Below are positions 19,817 through 29,822 of a stretch of DNA of 64,000 nt, one piece after another. A program made the translations under genes and the position numbers. The DNA comes from Acidobacteriota bacterium (GTDB lineage: Bacteria; Acidobacteriota; UBA6911; RPQK01; JAJDTT01). The stretch is from contig CBDCJH010000002.1 in NCBI GenBank assembly GCA_965217775.1, positions 6,112,001-6,176,000 of the forward strand. The letters run 5' to 3'. The notes beneath the pieces were generated by a model. The model was not told where the DNA came from. It searched no databases and saw only the letters and a program-made list of their open reading frames with translations. Each line of letters opens with the position of its first letter. Positions within the stretch are counted from its first letter, which is position 1.

Positions 19817-20362
19817 TTGGAGTTGGAGGGCAGCCGCCCGACCCCTCGTAGAAGACTGTCCGTTCCCACCGTCTTCACGCTGCTGCTGATCTCGGCGGCG
19901 ACGGCGAGCGGGCAATCCGTTTCGGAAATCGGTGACTTCATGCTGTACAACGCCTGCCGTCCCATGCGAGTGGCGGTGGGGTCCAGTCTCTCCATGTCTG
20001 ATGGGAGCACAATCGATCTGCTTCCGGATCGCATCCAGGCCGTTGCCGAAAGACGCTTGCGGGAGCGGGGCCTCTACCCGGACCTGGGAAGCGAATCGAA
20101 CCGTCCGCACCTGGTGGTCTCCGTCAATATTGACGAAGTCTGCGCCGAAAAATCGTACGCATACGACATCACACTGCGATACAAAAAGCTCGTGACCGAC
20201 GCGGCCACCGGTGTGGAGCACACGGCGACCACGTGGAGATCCGGAAGCGGCGGGTCCGGAGCCACAGATTCCGAATTCATCGTGGAAAGTTTCGTAGAAC
20301 TCCTCGATGGGTTCATGGAGGAGTACCTGCGAGTGAACGAAGAGGACTGCCACCGGCCCTGA
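19817..20362 (+). CDS. Hypothetical exported protein
   Basis: Hydrophobic signal ending ATASG; 181-aa ORF; start uncertain. Confidence 0.65.
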   Translation: MELEGSRPTPRRRLSVPTVFTLLLISAATASGQSVSEIGDFMLYNACRPMRVAVGSSLSMSDGSTIDLLPDRIQAVAERRLRERGLYPDLGSESNRPHLVVSVNIDEVCAEKSYAYDITLRYKKLVTDAATGVEHTATTWRSGSGGSGATDSEFIVESFVELLDGFMEEYLRVNEEDCHRP

Positions 20363-20406
20363 GCTACAGGAGATCAAGGAGTCGTGGCCCGGATCGCCGC
20401 CGTCGA

Positions 20407-20931
20407 CTAGATAAAAATATCCTCGTCCCTGGTGTAGACGTCGGTCGGCCGCCCATCCCGCCCGAACCATCGCTCCACAATCGACCGGCCCGCCTGAATC
20501 AGAGCCGAAATCTGCTGCGCCGGCGCAATGATGCTGCGATGGATGCGGTAGGTTTCCGTGGAGATCCGGTTCAGGGCCCTGTTCATTTGGGATGCCGCTT
20601 CTTGGGCGCCCGCCCGCAACGTATCCAGGCTCCGGGCGGTCTTCTCCTCGATCTCCCGGACCGAGTCGCGCACGCTGTCCGAATGTCCGGAGGCCTCACG
20701 GGCCCAGCCGGACACCATCTTCAGGACGGGGATCATGTCCTCCAATCCGTCGTCGGCCTGTCTGACTGCTTTCCGAAACCGCTGGGACGTCCGGGTCAGT
20801 TCCTGGCACAATGAGCCGAGACCGCGCAGAGTGGAGGTCAGCAGGAAGCTGGTGAAGAGAGTCTGCAAAATGACCAGAATCGTCATGATGACGACACCGA
20901 TCACCACCGGTTGGGAGAGTTCGGATCCCAT
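20407..20931 (-). CDS. Single-TM coiled-coil hypothetical protein (DUF948-like)
   Basis: N-terminal TM segment, heptad-like helical body, acidic D-E-D-I-F-I tail. Confidence 0.65.
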   Translation of the reverse strand: MGSELSQPVVIGVVIMTILVILQTLFTSFLLTSTLRGLGSLCQELTRTSQRFRKAVRQADDGLEDMIPVLKMVSGWAREASGHSDSVRDSVREIEEKTARSLDTLRAGAQEAASQMNRALNRISTETYRIHRSIIAPAQQISALIQAGRSIVERWFGRDGRPTDVYTRDEDIFI

Positions 20932-21026
20932 GCCGGGAAGAAACCTATCACATGCCCCTGGGTGCGGGAAGAGGTGTCTGAGTGCCCTTCACCCGGAAGC
21001 TACCCGTGGGTGAAGGCCAGTCCGGG

Positions 21027-22178
21027 ATGGAGCCGAATCGTCGCGCTCTGCTCACGCGCAAGATCAAGAAGAGAGCCCGCCAGTTGGGTTTCCATGCCGT
21101 CGGCGTCTCACCGGCGGACCCGGGACCCGATGACAAGCTCCGAGTCTGGCTGGAGCTGGGATACCAGGGCTCCATGGCCTACCTGGAGCGCCAGGCCGAG
21201 AAGAGGCTCGATCCGGGGAAGGTGTTGCCGGGCGTCCGGTCCATGATCTGCGTCGCCCTGGCCTACCCCCATTCCCAGCCGTTGCCCTACGACGATCCCA
21301 ACCGGGGAGTCATCTCCAGGTATGCATCTGGGGACGACTACCACTCGGTCATGGGAACCCTCATGGCGCGGCTCCTGGAGTCGATCCGGGAGGAAATTCC
21401 GGGCATCGGGGCCAGATTCTACGTGGACAGCGGTCCGGTGATGGACAAGTACTGGGCAGCCCGGGCGGGCATCGGGTGGCTGGGAAAGCACACCAATATT
21501 CTGGACCGGAAGCTGGGATCCTGGTTCTTTCTGGGCGAGATACTGCTGGACGTGGAGTTGGACTATGACGAACCGGCCCCGGACCACTGCGGCTCCTGCA
21601 CCCGCTGCATCGATGCCTGTCCCACGGACGCCATCGTCGAACCCTACCTGCTGGACAGCCGCCGCTGCATCTCGTATCTGACCATCGAGCTGAAGGAGGA
21701 CATCCCCGAGGATCTGCGAGAGCCCATGGGCAACCTGGTCTTCGGCTGCGACATCTGCCAGGACGTCTGTCCCTGGAACCACCCGGTTCCCGATGCCTCC
21801 GTCCCTGATCTGGAGCCTCGTCCCGTCAACCGGTCGCCCGAACTTTGGGAGCTGGCCCAGTTGTCCCAGGACGAGTTTCGCGAGAGGTTCAGCGGCAGTC
21901 CCGTCAAGCGGGCCAAGTGGCGCGGTTTCGTCCGCAACGTCGCCGTGGCCATGGGCAACTCCGGCAACTCCGATCTGGCGCCGGAGTTGACGAATCTCCT
22001 GAACTCGGAGGATCCCATGGTCAGGCGTCACGCGGGTTGGGCGCTGAAACAGCTCGTCACGCGGGAGGCGCTGGACGCCGTCCGCAGGCGTTGCTCCCGG
22101 GAGTCGGACTCTGAGACGAGAGCGACGCTACGAGAACTGCTCGACGACGAGGCGGCCGATCCTGCGGGGGTCAGTTGA
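21027..22178 (+). CDS. queG: tRNA epoxyqueuosine reductase
   Basis: ISRYA.GDDYH, GWLGKHT, GSWFFLGE, CGSCTRCIDACPT, CISYLTIE, FGCDICQDVCPWN, HEAT-like tail. Confidence 0.95.
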   Translation: MEPNRRALLTRKIKKRARQLGFHAVGVSPADPGPDDKLRVWLELGYQGSMAYLERQAEKRLDPGKVLPGVRSMICVALAYPHSQPLPYDDPNRGVISRYASGDDYHSVMGTLMARLLESIREEIPGIGARFYVDSGPVMDKYWAARAGIGWLGKHTNILDRKLGSWFFLGEILLDVELDYDEPAPDHCGSCTRCIDACPTDAIVEPYLLDSRRCISYLTIELKEDIPEDLREPMGNLVFGCDICQDVCPWNHPVPDASVPDLEPRPVNRSPELWELAQLSQDEFRERFSGSPVKRAKWRGFVRNVAVAMGNSGNSDLAPELTNLLNSEDPMVRRHAGWALKQLVTREALDAVRRRCSRESDSETRATLRELLDDEAADPAGVS

Positions 22179-22641
22179 TCCGGGTCGAGGAATGCTGTCC
22201 GACGCCGGCCGCGGCGGCGATCGGCGCCATCCTGCGCTCCAGATCGGCCAGTTTCTGCCGGTTCGCCTCCAGCGTCTTGGGCTGGACGACCTGGCCGACG
22301 AACTCGACGTGCATGGTCCAGGACTGTTCCACCTGTCCGGTGTCCGGATTCCGGTACCAGCCCGCCTCCCAGGTGCGCTTGTTGTTCAGGTCCCAGGTGA
22401 TGATCTGACCCGGCTGGTAGCTGTACCGAGTCGGAACGACATCCAATTCCAGGATCTGGTCGTCGGGATCCAAGGGCAGCAGTATGACGATGCGGGCATC
22501 GGGAATCCGGTTGCGGCACTCCGCGTCGGAGAACACGGGCAGGTCCGTGTAAAGGACCCGATAGGGCACGATCGGCATCTGGTCGGTTTCTTCAGGACGA
22601 GCACCCAACTGGGCTGTAGACTCGCTTGTTTCTTCGGACAT
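22171..22641 (-). CDS. Hypothetical protein
   Basis: 156-aa ORF behind a GGAGG RBS, host-like codon usage. Confidence 0.65.
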   Translation of the reverse strand: MSEETSESTAQLGARPEETDQMPIVPYRVLYTDLPVFSDAECRNRIPDARIVILLPLDPDDQILELDVVPTRYSYQPGQIITWDLNNKRTWEAGWYRNPDTGQVEQSWTMHVEFVGQVVQPKTLEANRQKLADLERRMAPIAAAAGVGQHSSTRIN

Positions 22642-22893
22642 TTCAGGAACCTCCCAGGCCGGCGTTTCTCGCGCCGGCGTGAACGCGGCGCTCGGATCTG
22701 AGGTGAGAGCCGCCGACCAAATCGGAGGGGAATGATAGCAGAGGAGAACGAGGAAAGAGAAAAGAGAAAACAGGAAAGAGTGTTTGGGAGCGGGTTGGTC
22801 ACATGGAGGTGAGAGAGTTGCCCCCGGCTTGGCCAGTGGGAGTGTCGCTGGTCATTGTTGCAACCGGATCGTTCGAGAACGGGTCTTGACGGC

Positions 22894-23445
22894 ATGAGCA
22901 GTTTCGTCGCCATCGATTTCGAGACCGCCAATGACAACCGGGACAGTGCGTGCTCGGTTGGCCTCGTCGTGGGCCGGGAGGGCAAGATCGAGGTGTCGCG
23001 GACGTTTCTGATTCGGCCGCCGGAGCCGGAGTTCAGATTCACCTGGGTCCACGGACTGGACTGGGAGGACGTTCGCGGTGCGCCCACCTTCGGCGAACTC
23101 TGGCCGACACTGCGTCCTTGGATCAAGAGTGCGGAATTCGTCGCTGCTCACAACGCGCCTTTCGATAGAAGTGTCCTCCATGCTTGTTGCGCCAGGTACG
23201 GCGTGGTGGCTCCCCGGAAGCCGTTCGTCTGTACGGTGCAGTTGGCGCGGAGGCAATGGGGGATCTACCCGACGACGCTGCCGGATGTCTGCGGACGGCT
23301 CCGCATCCCGCTGAATCATCACGAATCGGGATCGGACGCGGAAGCGTGTGCACGTATCATCCTGGCCGCCGAGGCGGCGGGGTGGAGTCGTTTGCGACCC
23401 CGTCGCCGTCGGAAACGATTCCGAAGGTCGTATCGAAACCGGTGA
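22894..23445 (+). CDS. DEDDh 3'-5' exonuclease (DnaQ-like)
   Basis: FVAIDFETAN, AHNAPFD, HHESGSDAEACA. Confidence 0.92.
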   Translation: MSSFVAIDFETANDNRDSACSVGLVVGREGKIEVSRTFLIRPPEPEFRFTWVHGLDWEDVRGAPTFGELWPTLRPWIKSAEFVAAHNAPFDRSVLHACCARYGVVAPRKPFVCTVQLARRQWGIYPTTLPDVCGRLRIPLNHHESGSDAEACARIILAAEAAGWSRLRPRRRRKRFRRSYRNR

Positions 23446-23464
23446 GTATTACCGAGGGAGCCTA

Positions 23465-23511
23465 ATAATCCTTGAAAATCGGCAGGTCATCTGCCGATTT
23501 TCAAGGATTAT
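23465..23511. terminator. Perfect 21-bp inverted repeat between convergent genes
   Basis: ATAATCCTTGAAAATCGGCAG-gtcat-CTGCCGATTTTCAAGGATTAT. Confidence 0.55.
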
Positions 23512-23686
23512 GACGCTTTGTCATGCTGCTGGAACAGGCCGCCCGGTCCCAGTCCTGGCTACGACTATCTTTGATGCAACTTCAACCGGAGGGACTTCAG
23601 GGGTGCCCATCAGCGTTTCGGAATTGCGCTGCTCTCCTCGCAACAGGCCCTGAGGAGAATTTTGGGATGAAGAAAATCGAAGACCC

Positions 23687-25054
23687 TCAAGTCAGTCGCC
23701 CGAATCCCTGTTCGGGCAAGGGGCCTTTCAGCCTGGACTCCAGGTCGTCCGCTTGGAGGGCTTTTTTCAGGACGGCCAGGACCTCGTCCAGGGCCGCCAG
23801 GTAACCTTCGATGACCTCGTCGGTGTGGGCCAGGGAGACGGTGAACGCTCCCGTGGACAGGTAGCCTCGGTCCAGCATTTCCTGGGTCATCAGCGCCTGC
23901 AGCGCCAGATTCCTCTCACCGTGGCCGAAGGCCATGTGCGACATGGGGTATTGGCCGTGCGGCTTCATGGCGATTCCGTGCCGGCGGGCCAACTCCCGCC
24001 AACCGTCGTGGACCTTGGCGCCGATCCTCATGGTGTGCTCCGAGATGCGGACCCGCTCCATCTTCCGGATGGCGGCGACGGCGGCGGTGGGTCCCACGGC
24101 GTCGGTCCAGTAGGTGCTGCTGATGAAGGAGCTCTGGGCCGCCTCCATCACCTCCCGGCGCCCGATCACGGCCCCCATGGGGTAGCCGTTGGAGGTGGAC
24201 TTGGCGTAGGTGGCGATGTCCGGTTCAACGTCCAGCGTCAGGTGGGCGCCGCCCAGGCAGAACCGCCAGCCGGCGCTGATCTCGTCGATGATCATGACCG
24301 CGCCGATCTGGTCCGCCAGCTCGCGGATCCGGTGGAGAAAGCCGTCCCGCGGAGGCTCGTCCCGCAGCGGTTCCGTGATGATGGCGGCCAGTTCGCCGCC
24401 CGTCCGGTCGATGATGGCCTCCAACTCGTCGATCCGGTTGTAGTGGAAGGGCAGGGCGGTTCCCGCCAGGGAGCGGGGCACTCCGGTCGGGTTCAGTCCC
24501 GGCATCAAGAGGCCGTCCAGGGCGTCGTGGTCCCCCAGGTTGGACGCCAGGTACCAGTCGCTCCAACCGTGGTAGCCGCAGAAGGCCACCTTCTCCCGCC
24601 CCGTGGCGGCCCGCGCAATGCGCACGGCGACGGTCATGGTCTCGCCCCCGGCGCGGGCGTATCGCACCATGTCGGCCCAGGGGTGGAGCTGGCAGAACAA
24701 CTCCGCCAGCTCCACCTCGGCGGGAGAGTTGAGGGTGGACATGTTTCCCCGGTCGATGGCGCCCCGAACGGCCGCGTTCACGTCCGGGTCCGCGTATCCC
24801 AGGAGGCAGGCCCCCACGCAGTGGATGGTGGTGTCGTAGAAATGACGCCCGTCCAGGTCCCAGATCTCGCACCCGCGAGCCTTGCTGAAATAGGCCGGCC
24901 ACTGCCGGGGAAGAAACCGTTCGGGCCGCTTGGAGAGCAGTTGAACTCCGCCCGGGATGATTTTCTTAGCTCTTCGATAAAGCCGAGCGCCCGTGGTTTC
25001 GGTCCAATCCACGCCAGAGTAATCCGTGATCCCTTTCGCGCCGGAGTAATCCAT
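23687..25054 (-). CDS. Class III PLP aminotransferase (glutamate-1-semialdehyde aminomutase-like)
   Basis: PGGVQLLSKRP, WDLDG, GYHGWSDW, IDEI.AGWR, PDIATYAKSTSNGYP, SSTYW. Confidence 0.9.
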   Translation of the reverse strand: MDYSGAKGITDYSGVDWTETTGARLYRRAKKIIPGGVQLLSKRPERFLPRQWPAYFSKARGCEIWDLDGRHFYDTTIHCVGACLLGYADPDVNAAVRGAIDRGNMSTLNSPAEVELAELFCQLHPWADMVRYARAGGETMTVAVRIARAATGREKVAFCGYHGWSDWYLASNLGDHDALDGLLMPGLNPTGVPRSLAGTALPFHYNRIDELEAIIDRTGGELAAIITEPLRDEPPRDGFLHRIRELADQIGAVMIIDEISAGWRFCLGGAHLTLDVEPDIATYAKSTSNGYPMGAVIGRREVMEAAQSSFISSTYWTDAVGPTAAVAAIRKMERVRISEHTMRIGAKVHDGWRELARRHGIAMKPHGQYPMSHMAFGHGERNLALQALMTQEMLDRGYLSTGAFTVSLAHTDEVIEGYLAALDEVLAVLKKALQADDLESRLKGPLPEQGFGRLT

Positions 25055-25225
25055 GATTCTTGCCTCGACTTTCCGTATTCGTGCGCCAGGCAGGCGCCTG
25101 CGACATCTTGTGACAGGCAAACGTTAGAACCGTCTCCCGGACAAAGTCAACCGGCACGGCCGGGGTTGAAGGAGCCGGTTCCCGATATGCGGATTGACGG
25201 TGCCCCGGGGATGCCCGATTCCGAT

Positions 25226-25234
25226 TGATATAAT
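25226..25234 (+). promoter_or_regulatory. Extended -10 promoter (TGnTATAAT), probably leaderless
   Basis: TGATATAAT 7 nt before the GTG at 25242. Confidence 0.55.
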
Positions 25235-25241
25235 CCCCAGG

Positions 25242-27044
25242 GTGCGGGATCTTCGCCGGCTCTTCCCCTTCATTCGGCCCTATTCTCCGCTTCTGGTCCT
25301 GGCCTTGGCGTTGCTGGCCGTCACCAGCGCCGTGGAGACGGGAATCGTCCTCTTGCTGGGCCCCCTGTTCAACCAATGGGCGGGGGTCCCCCTGGGGCCT
25401 GAGGGCGGGTTCGTGGACAAATTCGCGTTCGTCCGCGACCTCCTCGGCATCGGCGAGGATAATTTCACGCGGATCGCCGCCGCCCTGGTGATCTTCTCCC
25501 TCCTCAAGGGCGTATTCCTCTATTTCGCGGAATACTCCATGAGCTACACGGGCCAGCGCGTGGTGGCCGATCTGCGCAAGCGGCTCTACGGTCATCTCCT
25601 GGGCCAGTCCCTCTCCTTCTTCGCGATCAACCCCACGGGGCGCCTCATGTCCCGCCTCGTCGTCGACACCGAGCGGTTGCAACTCATGGTGAGCCGCATG
25701 CTGACCGACCTGATGCGGCAGGTCTCGCTGTTCGTCTGTTTCCTGATCCTGATGATCTACATCGATTGGCTGCTGTCCCTGTTCGCCTTCGTTGTGGGGC
25801 CGCTGGTGGTGGGACTGGCGCTGGCCCTGGGCCGCCGGGTCCGCCGGGCCGGGCAGGAGAGTCAGGAGAACCTGGAGGAGATGAGCCATCTGCTGCAGGA
25901 GACCATCGCCGGGCACCGAACCGTGAAGGCGTTCTGCATGGAGGAGTACGAAGCGGGCCGGTTCCGGGAACTCAATCGCCGTCAGGTGCGGGTCAACGTC
26001 CAGGCCGCCCGGATCGGCGCCCTGGGGTCGCCCGTGACCGAGCTCATCGGTTACGTCTCATTCGTGCCCTTCCTGCTGTACGCCCATAGCCAGATACAAC
26101 AGGGCTTCAGCCTGGGAGCCTTCGTGGTCTTCATCGTGGCCCTGTTCCGGCTCTATGAGCCCGTGCGCAAGCTCTCCCGAATGCACCTGCATTTCCAACA
26201 CGGGTTCGCCGCCTCCACCCGCATCTTTCAGTTGCTGGACACCCGGCAGGAAGTCGCCCGCGTTCCCGACGCACCTCCGTTGGCGCCCCTGACCCGTGAG
26301 ATCCGGTTCGAGGACGTGGCGTTCACCTACGAGGACGGAGCGGCGGCGGCGCTCCAGGACATCGAACTGTCCATTCGCCGGGGAGAGGTGGTGGCTCTGG
26401 TGGGACCGAGCGGGGCCGGCAAGACCACCCTGGCGAGCCTGATTCCAAGGTTCTTCGACGTGGGACGGGGGCGGGTCGCCATCGACGGAACCGACATCCG
26501 CCAAGTGGATCTGGACAGCCTGCGGGATCAGGTCGCCATCGTGACCCAAGAGGTCTTCCTCTTCAACGACACGGTCCGGGACAACATCGGCTACGGCCGG
26601 GAGAACTGCTCCCGGGAGGAGATCGAGGAGGCGGCTCGAGCGGCCTTCATCCACGACGTCGTCACGGCTCTTCCGTCCGGCTACGAGACCGACATCGGCG
26701 AGTGGGGCGAGAAGCTCTCCGGGGGTCAGAGGCAACGCCTGGCCATTGCACGGGCGATCCTGAAGAAGGCTCCGATCCTGATTCTGGACGAGGCCACATC
26801 GGCCCTGGACAGCGAATCGGAGCGGTTGGTCCAGGAGGCCCTGGACCATCTGATGGCGAACTGCACGACCCTGGTCATCGCGCACCGGCTGTCCACCATC
26901 CAGCGGGCCGACCGGATCGTGGTGATGGACTCGGGACGGATACTGGAGCAGGGCGACCACCGGACGCTGCTGCAAACGTCCGGTCTCTACCGCCGCCTCT
27001 ACCAACTTCAGTTCTCGGCGCCCGGGACCGGCAACGGAGGGTAG
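25242..27044 (+). CDS. ABC exporter, fused TMD-NBD (MsbA-like)
   Basis: N-terminal TM region; GPSGAGKT, LSGGQRQR, ILDEATSALD, AHRLST. Confidence 0.93.
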   Translation: MRDLRRLFPFIRPYSPLLVLALALLAVTSAVETGIVLLLGPLFNQWAGVPLGPEGGFVDKFAFVRDLLGIGEDNFTRIAAALVIFSLLKGVFLYFAEYSMSYTGQRVVADLRKRLYGHLLGQSLSFFAINPTGRLMSRLVVDTERLQLMVSRMLTDLMRQVSLFVCFLILMIYIDWLLSLFAFVVGPLVVGLALALGRRVRRAGQESQENLEEMSHLLQETIAGHRTVKAFCMEEYEAGRFRELNRRQVRVNVQAARIGALGSPVTELIGYVSFVPFLLYAHSQIQQGFSLGAFVVFIVALFRLYEPVRKLSRMHLHFQHGFAASTRIFQLLDTRQEVARVPDAPPLAPLTREIRFEDVAFTYEDGAAAALQDIELSIRRGEVVALVGPSGAGKTTLASLIPRFFDVGRGRVAIDGTDIRQVDLDSLRDQVAIVTQEVFLFNDTVRDNIGYGRENCSREEIEEAARAAFIHDVVTALPSGYETDIGEWGEKLSGGQRQRLAIARAILKKAPILILDEATSALDSESERLVQEALDHLMANCTTLVIAHRLSTIQRADRIVVMDSGRILEQGDHRTLLQTSGLYRRLYQLQFSAPGTGNGG

Positions 27045-27068
27045 CTCCGGGCGGCAGCACCGGAGCCG

Positions 27069-27899
27069 TCAACCCTCGTCCGGTCCGGACAGGGCATCCA
27101 ACAGCGCGTCGCTCATGCCGACGGAACTGAACCCTCCGTCGTGGTAGAGGTTCTGCATCGTGACCTTCCGGGTCAGATCCGACACCAGCGCCACCACGAA
27201 ATCGGCGCAGTCCTCGGCCTGAGCGTTGCCCAGGGGAGACATTCTGTCCGCCGCCTCGTAAAGGCGGTCGAATCCCTTGATCCCACTCCCGGCGGTGGTG
27301 CGGGTCGGGCTCTGGGACACGGTGTTGATCCGGATGCCCCGCTGGCCCAGGCGATAGCCGAAGCTCCGGGCCACGCTCTCCAGCAAAGCCTTGGCGTCCC
27401 CCATGTCGGAATAGCGGGAAAAGATCCGTTGGGCGCCGATGTAGGTCAGGGCCACGATGCTGCCGCCGTCATTGAGACTGTCGGACTTGAGGGCCTCGGC
27501 CACGATCCGGTGCAGGGAGAGGGCCGAGACGTCCAGGGTCTTGTGGAACCAGTCGTAATTGAGGTCGCCGTAGGAACGCTGCTTGCGGACGTTGGGAGAC
27601 ATGCCGATGGAATGGACGATGAAATCGACCTTCCCCAGCGAGGATTTCAACTCCTGGAAGGCCTTCTCCAGGTCCTGGGAGGAGGAAGCGTCGCAGGCGA
27701 TGAGAGGGGCGTCCCCACAGATTTGGGCCAGTTGCCGGATGGGGCCGAAGCGGAACGCCATCTTGGTGTTGGAGAGGGCCAATCGGGCTCCCTCCCGGTG
27801 GCAGGCCAGGCCGATCTGCCAGGCCAGGCTCTGTTGGTTCAGGGGACCGAAGATGATTCCCCGTTTGTCCCGCAGCAGGTGATGACTCTCTTGTGACAT
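27069..27899 (-). CDS. fabI: Enoyl-ACP reductase
   Basis: GIIFG.LN..SLAW, DFIVHSIGMS, ALTYIGAQR...Y.DM.DAKALLES, TMQNLYHDGGFS. Confidence 0.9.
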   Translation of the reverse strand: MSQESHHLLRDKRGIIFGPLNQQSLAWQIGLACHREGARLALSNTKMAFRFGPIRQLAQICGDAPLIACDASSSQDLEKAFQELKSSLGKVDFIVHSIGMSPNVRKQRSYGDLNYDWFHKTLDVSALSLHRIVAEALKSDSLNDGGSIVALTYIGAQRIFSRYSDMGDAKALLESVARSFGYRLGQRGIRINTVSQSPTRTTAGSGIKGFDRLYEAADRMSPLGNAQAEDCADFVVALVSDLTRKVTMQNLYHDGGFSSVGMSDALLDALSGPDEG

Positions 27900-27913
27900 G
27901 AGCGATTCCTTGG

Positions 27914-28645
27914 TTAGTTGACGGGGACGGTTCCTCCCAGCGTGATCCGGTCCAGATCGATCCTGCAGCGCCGCGCCACGATCTGCACGCCTTGAGCCCG
28001 GGCCTCGTCCAGGGCGGCGGCGAAATCGGGGTCCAATTCCCGGGCCGCCCGGAAGGAGCGGACGTCCTCTCGTTGGATCACGAAGAGGATGGCGGCGCTC
28101 CAGCCGTCCTGTTGGGCGAGGTGGGCCAGTTCCCGGGCGTGGCGGGCTCCCCGGGCGGTGACGGCGTCGGGAAAGAGTGCCACTCCATCTTCCACCAGGG
28201 TGACGCTCTTCACCTCCAGGGCCAGTTGCCGTCCATCGTCTCGACCCAGGAGGAAATCGATCCGGGAGCGCCCCAGTGGCGCTTCCGCCCGTTGGAGTTT
28301 CCAGTCCCCGAACTCTTCCAGAGCCGACTGTGCCAGAGCCTGGCCGATGAGGCGATTGGGGATCCGGGTGTCGACCGAGACCAGACCAAGCCGGTCCGGG
28401 CTCTCCACAAGGAGAGCTGTCCAGCGGGTTTTTCGCTTGGCGCCAGATGCCGGGAGCAACCAGATCCGAACCCCGGGAATGAGGAGTTCCCGTAGGCGGC
28501 CCGGATCGGCCAGATGGGCGTCCACCGGTTCCGCCTTACCGAGCGGCCGGCACCTCACCAGAAAACGGTTGGGGCGCTCCACGAAGACCGCCTCCTGGAG
28601 TTCGCCCGGAATCGGGATCCAGGTTCTCGTTCGTTCTCCCAGCAT
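27914..28645 (-). CDS. sfsA: DNA/RNA nuclease SfsA
   Basis: RPNRF, DPGRL.EL, SRIDFLL, EVKSVTL, FPDAVTARGARH.REL. Confidence 0.93.
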   Translation of the reverse strand: MLGERTRTWIPIPGELQEAVFVERPNRFLVRCRPLGKAEPVDAHLADPGRLRELLIPGVRIWLLPASGAKRKTRWTALLVESPDRLGLVSVDTRIPNRLIGQALAQSALEEFGDWKLQRAEAPLGRSRIDFLLGRDDGRQLALEVKSVTLVEDGVALFPDAVTARGARHARELAHLAQQDGWSAAILFVIQREDVRSFRAARELDPDFAAALDEARAQGVQIVARRCRIDLDRITLGGTVPVN

Positions 28646-28672
28646 TCCTGGCCGCTCAGTCTACTATGGATA

Positions 28673-28754
28673 GGAGCGGGGGTTTGTAGCCCCCGAGGAG
28701 CGGCGGTTTCCAGCCGCCGATTCCGGGAGGGTGGGGGACAAGACGGTCCTCCGC
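28673..28754. repeat. Cluster of GGAG-type REP palindromes
   Basis: GGAGCGGGGGTTTGTAGCCCCCGA, GGAGCGGCGGTTTCCAGCCGCCGA and a degenerate inverted GGGGGACA copy. Confidence 0.75.
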
Positions 28755-28823
28755 TTATTCAACTCTTGGGATTATGGGGAAAATCCAGGGCCCGTGTTAG
28801 AGTGACCTCCAAAAGGAGGTGCC

Positions 28824-29822
28824 TTGGATCCGATACGAATTGCCCTGGCCGGTTACGGCGAATGGACCCGGGAAGCCCTGATCCCTTCGCTGGAGCGGGA
28901 TGGCCGGGCGAGGATCGTGGCCGCGGCGGCACGCACCCCGGCGACTCGCGAGCGCATCCGATCGGAACTGGGCGCCCAGGTCGAGCTCCATGCCGACTTT
29001 GCCGATCTTTTCGACGAGGAAGTGGACGCCCTCATCCTGGCTCTTCCCTCGTCCCTGCACGAGGAAGGCCTGCTGGCCGCCGTCGAATCGGGGCTCCCTT
29101 TCTTTCACGAGCCTCCCGTGGCCAACCACCGGGATCGGGTTCGTCCCGTCCTGCGGCGCCTCCTGTCCGCCGATCAGGCGACGCACGCCGACATGGAGCT
29201 GCGGTTCATTCCGGTCATCATCCGCGCGGCCCAGCGGGTGGCGGAGGGCTCTATCGGCGAGCCTCGCACCGCCATGATCCGGATGCGCGGTTCTTGGAGT
29301 CCCGATCCCACGGCCGGTATCAGTCTCATGCACTCCCTCTCGCCCTGGTATATCGACGCTCTGGACCAGGTGTTGAGAGCCTCGCCCAAGCGTGTGCTGG
29401 TGCAGGAAGGACGGGGGTATCCGGGACGGATGCAATCTTACGCACTGACTCAACTGGACTACGGCGGGGTCTGGGGCAGCTTCGATGCCAACATCTCGGC
29501 GGTTCCGGGAATGGCCACCACCCTCGAGGTCACGGGCACGGAAGGCGACCTGCAAACGGACCTCTTCACCGCCGAAATCCGGCTGCGGACTCTGACCCGG
29601 CCGGAGCCGGAGATCGAGCGGGTCCCGGCCCTGGAGCCCTATGCCGGATGGCCCGGGATGTGTGAATGCGTTGCGGCCTTCCTGGATGCCGTGTCCGGAC
29701 TGACTCCCGAGCGCGCCGGAGCCCGGGCCGTTGCCCGCAGCCACCTGGTGGGACTGGCCGGCGAGCGCTCCATCGACACCGGGACCTGGGCCGAAGTCGA
29801 GGGGCTGGAGGACCTGGAATGA
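28824..29822 (+). CDS. Gfo/Idh/MocA-family oxidoreductase
   Basis: IRIALAGYGEW Rossmann start; H-E-P-P in place of EKP; LRF.P; AGGAGG RBS. Confidence 0.8.
   Translation: MDPIRIALAGYGEWTREALIPSLERDGRARIVAAAARTPATRERIRSELGAQVELHADFADLFDEEVDALILALPSSLHEEGLLAAVESGLPFFHEPPVANHRDRVRPVLRRLLSADQATHADMELRFIPVIIRAAQRVAEGSIGEPRTAMIRMRGSWSPDPTAGISLMHSLSPWYIDALDQVLRASPKRVLVQEGRGYPGRMQSYALTQLDYGGVWGSFDANISAVPGMATTLEVTGTEGDLQTDLFTAEIRLRTLTRPEPEIERVPALEPYAGWPGMCECVAAFLDAVSGLTPERAGARAVARSHLVGLAGERSIDTGTWAEVEGLEDLE

Noticed and set aside
23753-25228. Long antisense ORFs (e.g. 23753-25228, 40311-42191, 6396-8015, 34251-35630)
   Set aside because: Shadow ORFs opposite well-supported genes, as expected from high GC3 codon bias.
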